A DNA stretch of 64,000 nucleotides from Macrostomum lignano (Eukaryota), in NCBI GenBank assembly GCA_002269645.1, contig NIVC01001617.1, positions 1 to 64,000 on the forward strand, read 5' to 3'. How positions within the stretch are numbered: position 1 is the stretch's first letter; each line of letters starts with the position of its first letter. The notes under the pieces are model-generated. The model did no database searches. It saw nothing but the letters and a program-made list of their open reading frames with translations, and was not told the origin of the DNA. The position numbers were made by a program, and so were the translations under genes. Shown here piece after piece: positions 22,781 through 34,166 of the stretch.

Positions 22781-24284
22781 CCCGCGCCCACTGTTCCAAG
22801 GACAAATAATTGCATTGCTATCCACACGAATTCATAGCGATTGACAGAGAAAGTTTTTGAGTTTTGAAAATGACTATAGCGCAGTTGAAAGCTACTTTAA
22901 CGGGTAGACGCTGAGATACCCAAGTCTGCTTGTCCCTCTTTATAATCGTACATAATCGTACAGAGTACATAGTCATAAAGCCGTTTCTCCACGTGTTTCT
23001 ATTATATCCGTCGAGTTATAAACGGTTCGGTTCGCTCATTTCTGTATTATGGCGGTATTTTTGTTAATTCTGAACAATTTGTTTTTCAAGCTGAATGCTC
23101 CAAGCAAATGCACCTGATGCTGCGTGCTATTCGAGTTTCAAATTCACGGGCTCACGATTTTATTAAAGGGTATCTGCAGCTGTTTTCTGCTCTTCTTATC
23201 CAGTCGTTTTGATACTTCCTAACCGTCGGCTGACGACTGGCTGCTCAAAAAAATGCGGACCGGTGCGCGAAGAGCAAACAGGAGGCTGTGGATATTGGGG
23301 ATTCGAGCTGGAGAGCTTCGTGACTGGCGGCTTGTCTGGCGCAGTGGCTTATCTGGCCCAGGACAGCACGGAGCTCGTGTGGAGCACGTTGGCAAACTCC
23401 CAGGTCATCTGCTTGTAAGGCGCCAAGGCGGATTTCAGGTATTCAATCACCTGGCCGAGCCCAGACCATTCGGTACAGTGTATTAAAATCTGAAGACGGT
23501 CGAAAATGAACCTATAATTTTGAATATTTGATGGAGCATCTATCCATTTGCACAAGACATAATAGTACATGTATTGCTGATATAGCAGAGCGGCGAGTCA
23601 ACTCGTGTGCCGTCAATTTGCATTCCACTAATGCAATTGTTGTAAGATATGCTCGCAGCAATTCAGCCTCTCCAGTGCCTGTTCCTTTTCACCTCTATAA
23701 TTCCGCTCGCAACGGCTCTTTCCTTCCTTCTGCTTCCCATTCCTCAAGTTAAAATTGTCTCAGCAAAAATAGCTTCCCACCTTGTGCCGTCTCGTTTCTG
23801 CTTCGCGGTCGGGTTGGCAAAAATCTTGTGAAATCAGCTAATCCCTAATCCCTTTGCAGACTTTTATAGACTTCTATTTCATTCCTTCCTTTGTATAAAT
23901 TCCGCTTCCTTAAACCCTTGAGACGCATCCTGGGAAGTATTAGCAGGCTCGATCGGCTGGGTTCGCCAACTCGGCACGTTCTAAGCAGATTCAAAGCGCT
24001 AGCTCTGGAGTACTGGGCGTGCTTTTTATAGATCCCGGCAGTAAAAAATGGTAAGCTCCGCTCCACAGCTAAAATGCTCTTTCATTTCTCTATTGTGAAA
24101 TTGCCCTTCTTGAAACAGAATTCAATCCATTAAGTGAATCTCACGCTGTGGAGGCGGCTATCACGTAATGCACCGCTCTCTCGCCTTTCAAATACTTGGC
24201 TCATCTGGTTCACTCGAGACTTTAGGCATTATCCTCGTTGCTTTTGTATCTCACATTCGCAATTGATGAAGACTGCAAATAATC

Positions 24285-24980
24285 CGTTCGAGATGCTTTA
24301 GAACTGCTCATTATTCCGTTCCAGGTGCTTTAGAACTGCTCATTAATCCGTTCCAGGTGCTTTAGAACTGCTCATTAATCCGTTCCAGGTGCTTTAGAAC
24401 TGCTCATTATTCCGTTCCAGGTGCTTTAGAACTGCTCATTAATCCGTTCCAGGTGCTTTAGAACTGCTCATTAATCCGTTCCAGGTGCTTTAGAACTGCT
24501 CATTAATCCGTTCCAGGTGCTTTAGAACTGCTCATTATTCCGTTCCAGGTGCTTTAGAACTGCTCATTAATCCGTTCCAGGTGCTTTAGAACTGCTCATT
24601 AATCCGTTCCAGGTGCTTTAGAACTGCTCATTAATCCGTTCCAGGTGCTTTAGAACTGCTCATTAATCCGTTCCAGATGCTTTAGAACTGCTCATTATTC
24701 TATTCCAGATGCTTTAGAACTGCTCATTAATCGGTTCCAGATGCTTTAGAACTGCTCATTAATCCGTTCCAGATGCTTTAGAACTGCTCATTAATCGGTT
24801 CCAGATGCTTTAGAACTGCTCATTAATCGGTTCCAGATGCTTTAGAACTGCTCATTAATCGGTTCCAGATGCTTTAGAACTGCTCATTAATCCGTTCCAG
24901 ATGCTTTAGAACTGCTCATTAATCGGTTCCAGATGCTTTAGAACTGCTCATTAATCGGTTCCAGATGCTTTAGAACTGCT
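24285..24980. repeat. 32-bp minisatellite (ccgttccaggtgctttagaactgctcattaat), ~21 copies
   Basis: Direct reading; period 32 checked at 24301/24333. Confidence 0.97.
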
Positions 24981-25834
24981 TGGCTATTACCGGCTCTTAA
25001 CGATGCAGAGTTGTAAATTGATGGTTGACAACGACGCTTATCTATTCGGCTTCTCGTTGCCAATGGCAACATGCATACGAGGTTTCGAGCAGCTCGCTAG
25101 TTGCCAAGGCCGGTATAAGCAGAAAGTGACACAATTATCAATCAATTATTCTCCATAGAGCGATATTAGCAAGCATCCTGCATCAATAATGTATATTTCA
25201 TAGATTTTCCTATCGGAATTAAAATATAAAATACGCACTGCAATAAGAAATCAAAGCAGAGTTAGCATAATTATATATAGTTTAATAATTAATATAAAAA
25301 GCGCCCAACAACAACATCGGCTTGGATCAGCGGGTCCCGAACAGTCCAGCGCCAACCGGTCCAAAATGCCGAGTGCAGCAGTAAAAGACTGTTAAAATTG
25401 GGCCACGGCTTAAACTACTAAAAGTAGCTTATAAGCTTACAAACAATTAGCGGTGCGGCATGCGCCTCAGCTGACGGTGAGGTAATTAATGCACAGAGAG
25501 AAGCATGCTGCTTAAGCGGCAATTAGAACTTCAATTCAAAAGTGACTACGAAATTATCGTTAATTTTGAAACACTTCTATAAGCTCAAGGAGCGAGCGCA
25601 CCTTGCGTATAGCAAAAAAGCCGGTTTAGCAAACATTAAATGGACCCAGAGGCGATAAAAGTGGCTAATGCAGACAGACTCAGAAATACAGTTCGCTAAA
25701 ATAAACTAGAGGCTTAACAGAAATATCCGGCACAGGCGGTCGGGTACGGCAGTTACTACTATGTGTAATAATATGAGACTATTATACACACCGCAACTCC
25801 GACTCAGGACATGCAAGCGGCGGCTAGCAACAGG

Positions 25835-26275
25835 GTGCTTGGGTGGCTTCAGGACATGGGCTGGGCGGCTTCAGGCTATGGATTGGGTGGCTTCAGGACA
25901 TGGGCTGGGCGGCTTCAGGCTATGGATTGGGTGGCTTCAGGACATGGGCTGGGCGGCTTCAGGCTATGGATTGGGTGGCTTCAGGACATGGGCTGGGCGG
26001 CTTCAGGCTTTGAATTGGGTGGCTTCAGGCTTTGAATTGGGTGGCTTCAGGCTTTGAATTGGGTGGCTTCAGGCTTTGAATTGGGTGGCTTCAGGCTTTG
26101 AATTGGGTGGCTTCAGGCTTTGAATTGGGTGGCTTCAGGCTTTGAATTGGGTGGCTTCAGGCTTTGAATTGGGTGGCTTCAGGCTTTGAATTGGGTGGCT
26201 TCAGGCTTTCAATTGGGTGGCTTCAGGCTTTGAATTGGGTGGCTTCAGGACATGAGCTGGGTGGCTTCAGGACAT
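25835..26275. repeat. 22-bp (gggtggcttcaggctttgaatt) and related 22/25-bp alternating minisatellite just 3' of ILK
   Basis: Direct reading. Confidence 0.93.
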
Positions 26276-26335
26276 TGGTTGCATGACTTCAGGCAATGAA
26301 ACGGGGTCTTCAGACAGGGAACTTCACCCTTCAAC

Positions 26336-28318
26336 TCAGGCCTCAGTCTTGCGCAGAATTTTCTGCAGAATCGGGACCACCATGTCGAACCGAGGCCGCC
26401 GGCCGGCCTCCTCGTTGGTGGCCAGCTGGATGAGTTTGCTGGTGTGCCTGGAGAAGCCTGGCGCCGTGCAGGAGATCCGGAGGCCCTCGACGGCGATTTT
26501 CAAGCCGGCCTCCATGGGGCCGAGGCTGCCGAAGGGCACCTCGCGGGTCTCCAGCTCCCACAGCAGGATGCCGAAGCTCCACATGAAGGCGGCGGTGGTG
26601 TTGATGTCCTGCGGCGGCTTCTGCAGCGCCTCAGGCGACATCCAGTAGGGGTGGTACTCCTGCGCCCGCTGGTGGTACACGAAGCGACAGTCCGCTAAGC
26701 TGATGCGGGCGGTGAGGTCTTCGTCTACCTGGAAGGGTGATCAAGTGCAAACACGGGCATTATCAACCATGGCTTGATAATCAAAGCAGCTTCCCTGCTC
26801 ACCATCACGTGCTTTGAGTTGAGCTGAAAGTGATGCAGCGGCTGCTCCAGTTTGGTGAGAAAGTCCATGCCTTTGGCAATGTCCAGGGCGAATCCCATGG
26901 CCTTGTTGGCGTCAATGATGATGTCTGGCGGGGCAACAGGATTACTCATAGTAGCAACCGTAGAATGTTTCGAAAAAGTTACAAAAGTTGCTAATGGCTG
27001 GCCAAGACCCCACAACCAGTGTTACACCCCTGATTCTTCAGGTCATGACCCCGCAGCCAGCCCGCCATCCCTGATTCTTAGCCAGGTCATGACCCCGCAG
27101 CCAGCCCCACCCCTGATTCTTAGCCAGGTCATGACCCCGCAGCCAGCCCCCACCGTGTCCGGAGTGCAGCACGTCGAACAGCGAGCCGTAGGGCATGAAC
27201 TGGGACACCAGCACCAGGCGCTGGTCGGAGATGACGGCGCTCAGCACGGGCAGCACGTTGGTGTTGTTGAAGATGCGCAGTCTGGGCAGCTGCTCGTTGA
27301 ATTCGCGTCTCAGTCGAGCGGCCGCCTGCGGCCTCGGTCGGAACAGCCGGGCAACGATGTCCTGATCCTGCCAGGTGCCGCGCCACAGCTCCGTGCCGTG
27401 CCGGCCGGCCAGGCGGGAGCGCAAGTTGAGCTGCTCGTACTGGATTCCCGGCTGCCGGCTCAGCGTGGGGTTTGTTGGCCGGGTGCGCCAGGTCTGCGCG
27501 CCCAGCGGGTCCGCGGTGTTGTGCGGCTGCCGCATCTCCACCTCCTGGCGTGGTGGAGTTTGATGTCAGGGATAAGTGTGGATGTCAGAGATAAGTGGGG
27601 AAGGCAGAGAGCGGGGAAGGCAGGAGAGAGCGGGGAAGGCAGGGAGAGAGCGGGGAAGGCAGGGAGAGAGCGGGGAAGGCAGGGAGAGAGCGGGGAAGGC
27701 AGGGAGAGAGTGGAGAAGTCAGCGAGAGAGTGGGGAAGGCAGGGAGAGAGTGGGAAGGCAGGGAGAGAGCGGGGAAGGCAGGGAGAGAGTGGGGAAGTCA
27801 GTCAGTCAGGCCTAGGCAAGCTCAAAGCAGTGCTCAAGCGGTCGGACCTGTCCCAGCTCCCTGGCCAGGTGGCGCAGCTGGCGCACCAGGGCGGGCCTGG
27901 CCAGGTCCAGCGGTGTCTGGCCGTAGCGATTCTCCAGGCTGACCAGGCCGCCCTGGTTCACGAGGTCAACGGCCGTCTCCTCGTGGTTGAAGAAGCAGGC
28001 GTAGTGCAACGGCGTGTTGCCGTGCTCATTAACTGCGTTAATTGCCGGGCGCTGCTTGAGCAGCCGGGACACGAGCCCGTGGTGGCCGCGAGAGGCGGCG
28101 ATGTGCAACGGCGTGTCGTCGCCCATGTTGGTGGCGTTGACGCGGGCGCCGCGGCTCAGCAGCAGGTCGGCGATGCCGGTCTGGCCGTCCCAGGCGGCCC
28201 AGTGCAGCAGGGAGAAGCGATGGTCGTCGCCCTGGTTCAGGTCGTTCTCCGTGTTCTCCAGCCACAGGCGCACCTGGACTGCGTTGCCGGTGCGGACCCA
28301 GGCCACAATGTCGTCCAT
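26336..28318 (-). CDS. ILK: Integrin-linked kinase (ankyrin repeats plus pseudokinase), 4 exons: 28318-27848, 27544-27154, 26924-26803, 26728-26336; 458 aa
   Basis: [131 protein letters not shown]; GT-AG sites with consistent phases, 1377 nt total. Confidence 0.98.
27040..27153. repeat. ~47-bp short tandem duplication starting at the ILK intron-2 donor
   Basis: ggtcatgaccccgcagccagccc...cctgattcttagcca, ~2.5 copies. Confidence 0.85.
27595..27800. repeat. 20-bp purine-rich minisatellite (ggcagggagagagcggggaa) in ILK intron 1
   Basis: Direct reading. Confidence 0.95.
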
Positions 28319-28544
28319 GCTGGCTGCGGGCGGTGAAAAGTTGAGTCTGTTTTCAAGAAACTAACAGGTGCTGGGAAAGTGGAGATGGAAAACAGCGATA
28401 TAATATTTCTAACACTTTCCGTTTTATGAGATTTAATTCGGTAATACTCAATATCCTTCGGGGAAATCGTTGTCTTTGACTCAAAGTCTATGAGATGAAA
28501 AGCTTTTTTCTGGAGCGTGTCATGAGACCCTCGGGATTTAAACA

Positions 28545-29030
28545 AACTGTTCCGATGTTCCGGATATGGATGCGCTTTCTTAGAAAACCTTGTTCCTGAT
28601 ATGGATGAGACTTCTTAAAAAACCTTGTTATGAATATGGATGTGCTTTCTTAGAAAACGCTGTACCGGATATGGACATGATTTCTAGGAAACACCTGTTC
28701 GGGGTATGAATGCGTTTTCTTAGAAGAAACTGTTCCGGAAAGGGATATGATTTCTTAGAAACCCCCGCTCCGGATATATATGCGATTTCTTAGAAACCTC
28801 CGTTCCGGATATATATGCGATTTCTTAGAAACCCCCGCTCTGGATATATGCGATTTCTTAGAAACCTCCGTTCCGGATATATATGCGATTTCTTAGAAAC
28901 CCCCGCTCCGGATATATATGCGGTTTCTTAGAAACCCCCGTTCCGGATAGATGCGATGTCTTAGAAACCTCCGTTCCGGATATATCACGGCGACGCTATG
29001 GTGGTTTCTTAGAAAATCATGATTTGGATT
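28545..29030. repeat. Degenerate ~35-bp array (ttccggatatatatgcgatttcttagaaacc) upstream of ILK
   Basis: Direct reading; copies diverge toward both ends. Confidence 0.8.
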
Positions 29031-29659
29031 GAGATGCAGTTGCTTGTAAAAAGTCGCTTTTTTCGGATGGGAATGCGATTACTTAGAAATTTGACAGGAA
29101 TGGCACATGAAAAAGTATTGTGAAAGAACAACTTCCTAGCAGAAACACAGAGATACTAAAAAGCAAACACAGCAATCAAGTGCCGGCTTCAATCGAGAGT
29201 CAAATTGACTGCTCAACGAATGAAATTTTCAAAAATCTATTTACAGCCAAGAAAGCGAACAGCGAACCGCAATAATCCAGCATATCACACGGAGTGGCTA
29301 CAATACAGTGCGCTCAGGAACTGATCCAGAATTCATCTTTGCAATTAGATTCGCAGAAGTACAATAACTGATCACGTGTATATTGTGTTCATTACAATAA
29401 AAGCCGCGTTAGACAAGACTGATTGCGAAACTGTGGGGGGGGGGCTAGCGGACCCGATTATTAATCTCCTAAATGTATTTGCCCAAGTGCTTGCCTTGCC
29501 AAAGCAGTAAGGTCGAGGGCGTGTGTGGATTCATTATTTACAATTTTTGTTTAGGAAGTTTAAACGAATAAGTTGGATTGTAAACCAAACATAAATCGAA
29601 GCTTATATTTAAAGGCATACGCATAATCTAAATATACGTTAACTATGGCCCAGCAACTG

Positions 29660-30535
29660 ATGATCTGGGAGGGTGGCGGTGGCCCAGCTTGAGGATCTGG
29701 GGGGGGGGTGGCTGTGGACAGAAGCTGAGGATCTGGGAGAGTGGCAGTGGACAGCAGCTGAGGATCTGGGAGGGCGGCGGTGGCCCAGCTTGAGGATCTG
29801 GGAGGGTGGCGGTGGCCCAGCTTGAGGATCTGGGAGGGTGGCGGTGGCCCAGCTTGAGGATCTGGGAGGGTGGCGGTGGCCCAGCTTGAGGGTCTGGGAG
29901 GGTGGCGGTGGCCCAGCTTGAGGATCTGGGAGGGTGGCAGTGGACAGCAGTTGAGGATCTGAGAGAGTGGCAGTGGACAGCAGCTGAGGATCTGGGAGTG
30001 GCAGTGGACAGCAGCTGAGGATCTGGGAGGGTGGCGGTGGCCCAGCGTGAGGATCTGGGAGGGTGGCCCAGCTTGAGGATCTGGGAGGGTGGCGGTGGCC
30101 CAGCTTGAGGATCTGGGGGGGGTGGCAGTGGACAGCAGCTGAGGATCTGGGAGGGTGGCGGTGGACAGCAGCTGAGGATCTGGGAGGGTGGCAGTGGAAA
30201 GAAGCTGAGGATCTGGGAGTGGCAGTGGACAGCAGCTGAGGATCTGGGAGGGTGGCGGTGGACAGCAGCTGAGGATCTGGGAGGGTGGCAGTGGAAAGAA
30301 GCTGAGGATCTGGGAGTGGCAGTGGACAGCAGCTGAGGATCTAGGAGGGTGGCAGTGGAAAGAAGCTGAGGATCTGGGAGTGGCAGTGAACAGCAGCTGA
30401 GGATCTGGGAGGGTGGCAGTGGACAGAAGCTGAGGATCTGGGAGTGGCAGTGGACAGCAGCTGAGGATCTGGGAGGGTGGCGGTGGCCCAGCTTGATGAT
30501 CTGGGAGGGTGGCGGTGGCTCAGCCTGAGGATACT
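29660..30535. repeat. ~30-33-bp minisatellite (ctgaggatctgggagggtggc[a/g]gtgg...) immediately 3' of the SFT2 gene
   Basis: Direct reading. Confidence 0.93.
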
Positions 30536-30578
30536 GAGGGTGATAGGAGGCCCGCAGACCGGCAGAGGCAGACAGCAA

Positions 30579-31357
30579 TCAGATGGGCAGGGTGGTCTTA
30601 GCTGTGCGGCTGGCGGCGGAATAAAACACGGAGGTGAGAAACCGGATGCCCCGCTGGCCGCCGGGCAGGTAGGAGATCAGGTACCACAGCAGGGCGGCCA
30701 CCTGCAGACAGACGAACAGCAGAGCCAGAGGTCCGGAGCGCAGGCCCATGGCGGAATAGAGAGTGGCGGCCAGCATCAGCAGGTAAGCGCAGGTGAACGG
30801 CCGCCTGGGCCCGGTGACCAGGTGGCGCAGGTGATTCACCGGGCCCCACAGGGCGGAGAATGACAGCAGCAGGCAGAGCGAGCCCATGGAGTACAGCACG
30901 GCAAACCGGCGGGCCTTGAGCAGCACCATGGGCAGGAAGACCAGGCTGAGGGACAGGAACAGGCTGCCCAGCAGCAGCAGGGTCACGAAGGCCAGCACCC
31001 GCTGCTTGCGGGACAGGCCGAGGCAGCGGAGCAGCGGGTCCCGCTCGGCCGCTCCGGACAGCAGGCTGGAGGAGCCGAACCAGCCCGACAGGCTGGCGCC
31101 CGAGGACGGATCGTCCGCCTCGCCGGCATTCCCGCGGCGGCTCCAGCCAGGTGATCGCCAGTTGAAGAGGCCACCGCCGCAGTAGCCGAGGAATTCGCCG
31201 ACAGCGATGACGAGGAGGCCGACGAGGCCAGTAGGCCGAAGCCGGTGGAAGCCGAGCTGCTGGACGAGGTGGCCGCGTCTCCGCGATTGAACAGCGGCAG
31301 CAGCGACTCGGAGGCGCGGCCTCCGGCGCCCTGCAGTTTGGTGCGGACCCAGCCGTA
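30579..31357 (-). CDS. SFT2D3: SFT2/Got1-family vesicle transport protein (SFT2D3-like); single visible coding exon with one frameshift at ~31170-31190
   Basis: LGLSRKQRVLAF, LLKARRFAVLYSMGSL ~ LLRARKFALLWSLGS, ATLYSAMGLRS ~ ATLFAALGLRS, QVAALLWYLISYLPGG, C-terminal TLPI ~ VLPV; four hydrophobic segments. Acceptor ccgcag| before 31357; no in-frame ATG at the exon start. Confidence 0.88.
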
Positions 31358-31394
31358 CTGCGGGCGGGCACCGGCAGTGCGTGAGTTGCTGGGG

Positions 31395-31755
31395 TTGGGG
31401 GGAGTTGGGCAGCGGGAGACGGGAGGGTTGGGTAGAGGGAGACGGGAGGGTTGGGTAGAGGGAGACGGGGGGGTTGGGTAGAGGGAGACGGGGGGGTTGG
31501 GTAGAGGGAGACGGGGGTTGGGTAGAGGGAGACGGGGGTTGGGTAGAGGGAGACGGGGGGTTGGGTAGAGGGAGACGGGGGTGGGTAGAGGGAGACGGGG
31601 GTTGGGTAGAGGGAGACGGGGGGTTGGGTAGAGGGAGACGGGGGTTGGGTAGAGGGAGACGGGGGGTTGGGTAGAGGGAGACGGGGGGGGTAGAGGGAGA
31701 CGGGGGGTTGGGTAGAGGGAGACGGGAGGGTTGGGTAGAGGGAGACAGGAGGGTT
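31395..31755. repeat. ~21-bp G-rich minisatellite (gggttgggtagagggagacgg)
   Basis: Direct reading. Confidence 0.93.
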
Positions 31756-32304
31756 TGGTGGTAAAATTAGGTGGGTGTCGCAGGTAAAAAAGGGATGAAG
31801 TCGGCAAGGCAAAGTCAGTTCAGCAACATCAATACAATCGCAGTAAAACTAAATACATGTGTAATATTGCAAGGAGATTATTCTCAATCTATTCAACCGC
31901 GTGTGGTTCGCACAGATCTGCTACAGACAACACAGAGAGGAATTGCAGACACGGGAGGGCATGATCCCATGCAGAACAATACTTTAGCGCCATAACCAAG
32001 ATTAAAATATATTCACAGAAAAATGGCTTACACTTCAAAACAACATAGAAGATTTAAACAGTTTGAAACTGCACAACAATTTAACAGAACAGAGTCGCGG
32101 AGCAGGGGCTGCAATATTGAAAATCTGAATCAGTTTCAATGCATTCAAGACAGTCAATTTATTTGGTAAACATCCACAAGTAAACTGATAGATAGGGTTT
32201 CGGAGTGATGCGCTGCGATTGCAGCAGATATGAGCAGCCATTTGATGGCCTTTCATCATCATACACAGGCGGCTCAGAACTTCTAAAAACACTAGCACTA
32301 GTTG

Positions 32305-32980
32305 GCAGTGTTGAGTCAGAGGTGAGTTGGGGAGTGTTGAGTCAGAGGTGAGTTGGGGAGTGTTGAGTCAGAGGTGAGTTGGGGAGAGTTGAGTCAGAGG
32401 TGAGTTGGGAGTGTTGAGTCAGAGGTGAGTTGGGGAGAGTTGAGTCAGAGGTGAGTTGGGGAGTGTTGAGTCAGATATGAGTTGGGGAGAGTTGAGTCAG
32501 AGGTGAGTTGGGAGAGTTGAGTCAGATATGAGTTGGGGAGAGTTGAGTCAGAGGTGAGTTGGGGAGTGCAGAGTCAGAGGTGAGTTGGGGAGTGCAGAGT
32601 CAGAGGTGAGTTGGGGAGTGCAGAGTTAGAGGTGAGTTGGGGAGTGCAGAGTCAGAGGTGAGTTGGGGAGTGCAGAGTCAGAGGTGAGTTGGGGAGTGCA
32701 GAGTCAGAGGTGAGTTGGGGAGTGCAGAGTCAGAGGTGAGTTGGGGAGTGCAGAGTCAGAGGTGAGTTGGGGAGTGCAGAGTTAGAGGTGAGTTGGGGAG
32801 TGCAGAGTCAGAGGTGAGTTGGGGAGTGCAGAGTCAGAGGTGAGTTGGGGAGTGCAGAGTCAGAGGTGAGTTGGGGAGTGCAGAGTCAGAGGTGAGTTGG
32901 GGAGTGCAGAGTCAGAGGTGAGTTGGGGAGTGCAGAGTCAGAGGTGAGTTGGGGAGTGCAGAGTCAGAGGTGAGTTGGGG
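32305..32980. repeat. 26-bp minisatellite (gagtcagaggtgagttggggagtgca)
   Basis: Direct reading. Confidence 0.95.
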
Positions 32981-33167
32981 ACGCTCTGAGCCAGAGTGCT
33001 GCAATCGCTACAAGTAAGATATCGCTAAAACGGATTAATAAGGTGGTACAGAGGTAGACAAAACAGTTCAGTTCAACAGCAACTACAACAGTGTCAGATA
33101 AAATTTATGCAGTTAACCAAAAATGAATGAAAATCTGGGAGCAACACAAATGGGGAGGCTTCAGGCG

Positions 33168-34166
33168 TCAGAACGCGAGCCTGCCCCGCTTGTACAGCTG
33201 TATGGACCAGCGCACGCTGTCTTTCAGCTGGCGCCAGGACTTTTCTAGCAGAGACGGCGGCCGCAGCGCCTCGATGGTCGACCGGCCGGGCAGGCGGCCC
33301 TCCTCGATTTGCTGACGAAAGGCGCGGTTCAACTCGCGCTTCTCCTGTGCCGTCAGCCGCGTCACGCCTGTGGATTCGCGGGGCCGCCTCTTCTTCGGCT
33401 GCTGCGGCGGCGGCGGAGGCGGCGGCGGCGGAGGCGGTTGCGGCTGTTGTTGTTGAGGAGCGCTGGAAGCTGCAGCCGCAGCGGCCGCTGCCGCGCTTAG
33501 GGACACATAGTTGCCATCCATCACAAGGGAGGACAGTCTGGGCAACGCAGACACGGGATGAGGATGAGGCAGCGTGGCCGGAGGCTGCGTTGGCGGCTGG
33601 GCGGCGTGCTGCAGCGGGAGGCCGCCCGAGCTGGCGGCGGCAGCGGCTGCAGCCACGGCCGTAGCGGCGCCCCGCCTGCCCATGTAGTGGCGGAGGAATT
33701 CGGGCGAGTCGGCAGGCGGGGCTGGAGGCGGCCTGCGCAGCCGGAAGTCCCGATAGGAATTGATGGCGTGCCGGATGTTGTCCTTCAGCTGCTTCCAATG
33801 ACGCTCGCTCAGCTCGGGCGGCCGGCCCGCCTCGATGAGGGCGCGGCCGGGCAGGGCGCCAGTCTCGATGCAGCGCGCGTAGGCGCCAACCAGAGCGAGT
33901 TTTTCAGACAGACTCAGCCGGGGCGTCTCCGCTTGGGAGCGGCGCCGTTTCTGGCGCTGCGGCTTCTGCGGCTGCTCAGCCTGCTGCTGGAGCTGCTGGC
34001 CAATGAGGTGATGGTGCTGATGGTGCGAATGGTGCACCTGCTGCTGCTGCTGCGGCAGCGAAAACTGTGCAGCAGATGTTGACGGAGGTGGAGGGCGGAG
34101 CTGCGCTGTCTGAGGCGGCGGGGCAGTTGCGAAGGCAGACGGGCTGTGCCACAGCAGCAAGGACAT
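33168..34166 (-). CDS. 332-aa uncharacterised protein with two copies of a ~65-aa Myb/SANT-like helical domain, basic NLS-like motifs and Q/H/P/A low-complexity linkers
   Basis: ATG directly after pyrimidine tract plus cag; GC3-rich codons; internal repeat RLSLSEKLALVGAY..CIETGALPGRALIEAGRPPELSERHWKQLKDNIR vs RLTAQEKRELNRAF..QIEEGRLPGRSTIEALRPPSLLEKSWRQLKDSVR. Coding status is strong; Myb-like assignment is by pattern only. Confidence 0.8.
   Translation of the reverse strand: MSLLLWHSPSAFATAPPPQTAQLRPPPPSTSAAQFSLPQQQQQVHHSHHQHHHLIGQQLQQQAEQPQKPQRQKRRRSQAETPRLSLSEKLALVGAYARCIETGALPGRALIEAGRPPELSERHWKQLKDNIRHAINSYRDFRLRRPPPAPPADSPEFLRHYMGRRGAATAVAAAAAAASSGGLPLQHAAQPPTQPPATLPHPHPVSALPRLSSLVMDGNYVSLSAAAAAAAAASSAPQQQQPQPPPPPPPPPPPQQPKKRRPRESTGVTRLTAQEKRELNRAFRQQIEEGRLPGRSTIEALRPPSLLEKSWRQLKDSVRWSIQLYKRGRLAF

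Noticed and set aside
24285-24980. CRISPR-like appearance of 28-46-bp repeats (also 4069, 13881, 56300)
   Set aside because: Head-to-tail units with no unique spacers, no cas genes, eukaryotic context.
26852-28336. 494-aa plus-strand ORF (and similar antisense ORFs over pol, SFT2 and CYPs)
   Set aside because: Antisense shadow of GC3-rich coding sequence plus intronic repeats.
1-32980. Strand asymmetry of intronic arrays (G-rich on the sense strand)
   Set aside because: Holds for most GPCR introns but reverses in ILK intron 1, the array upstream of SFT2 and the 28-bp array.
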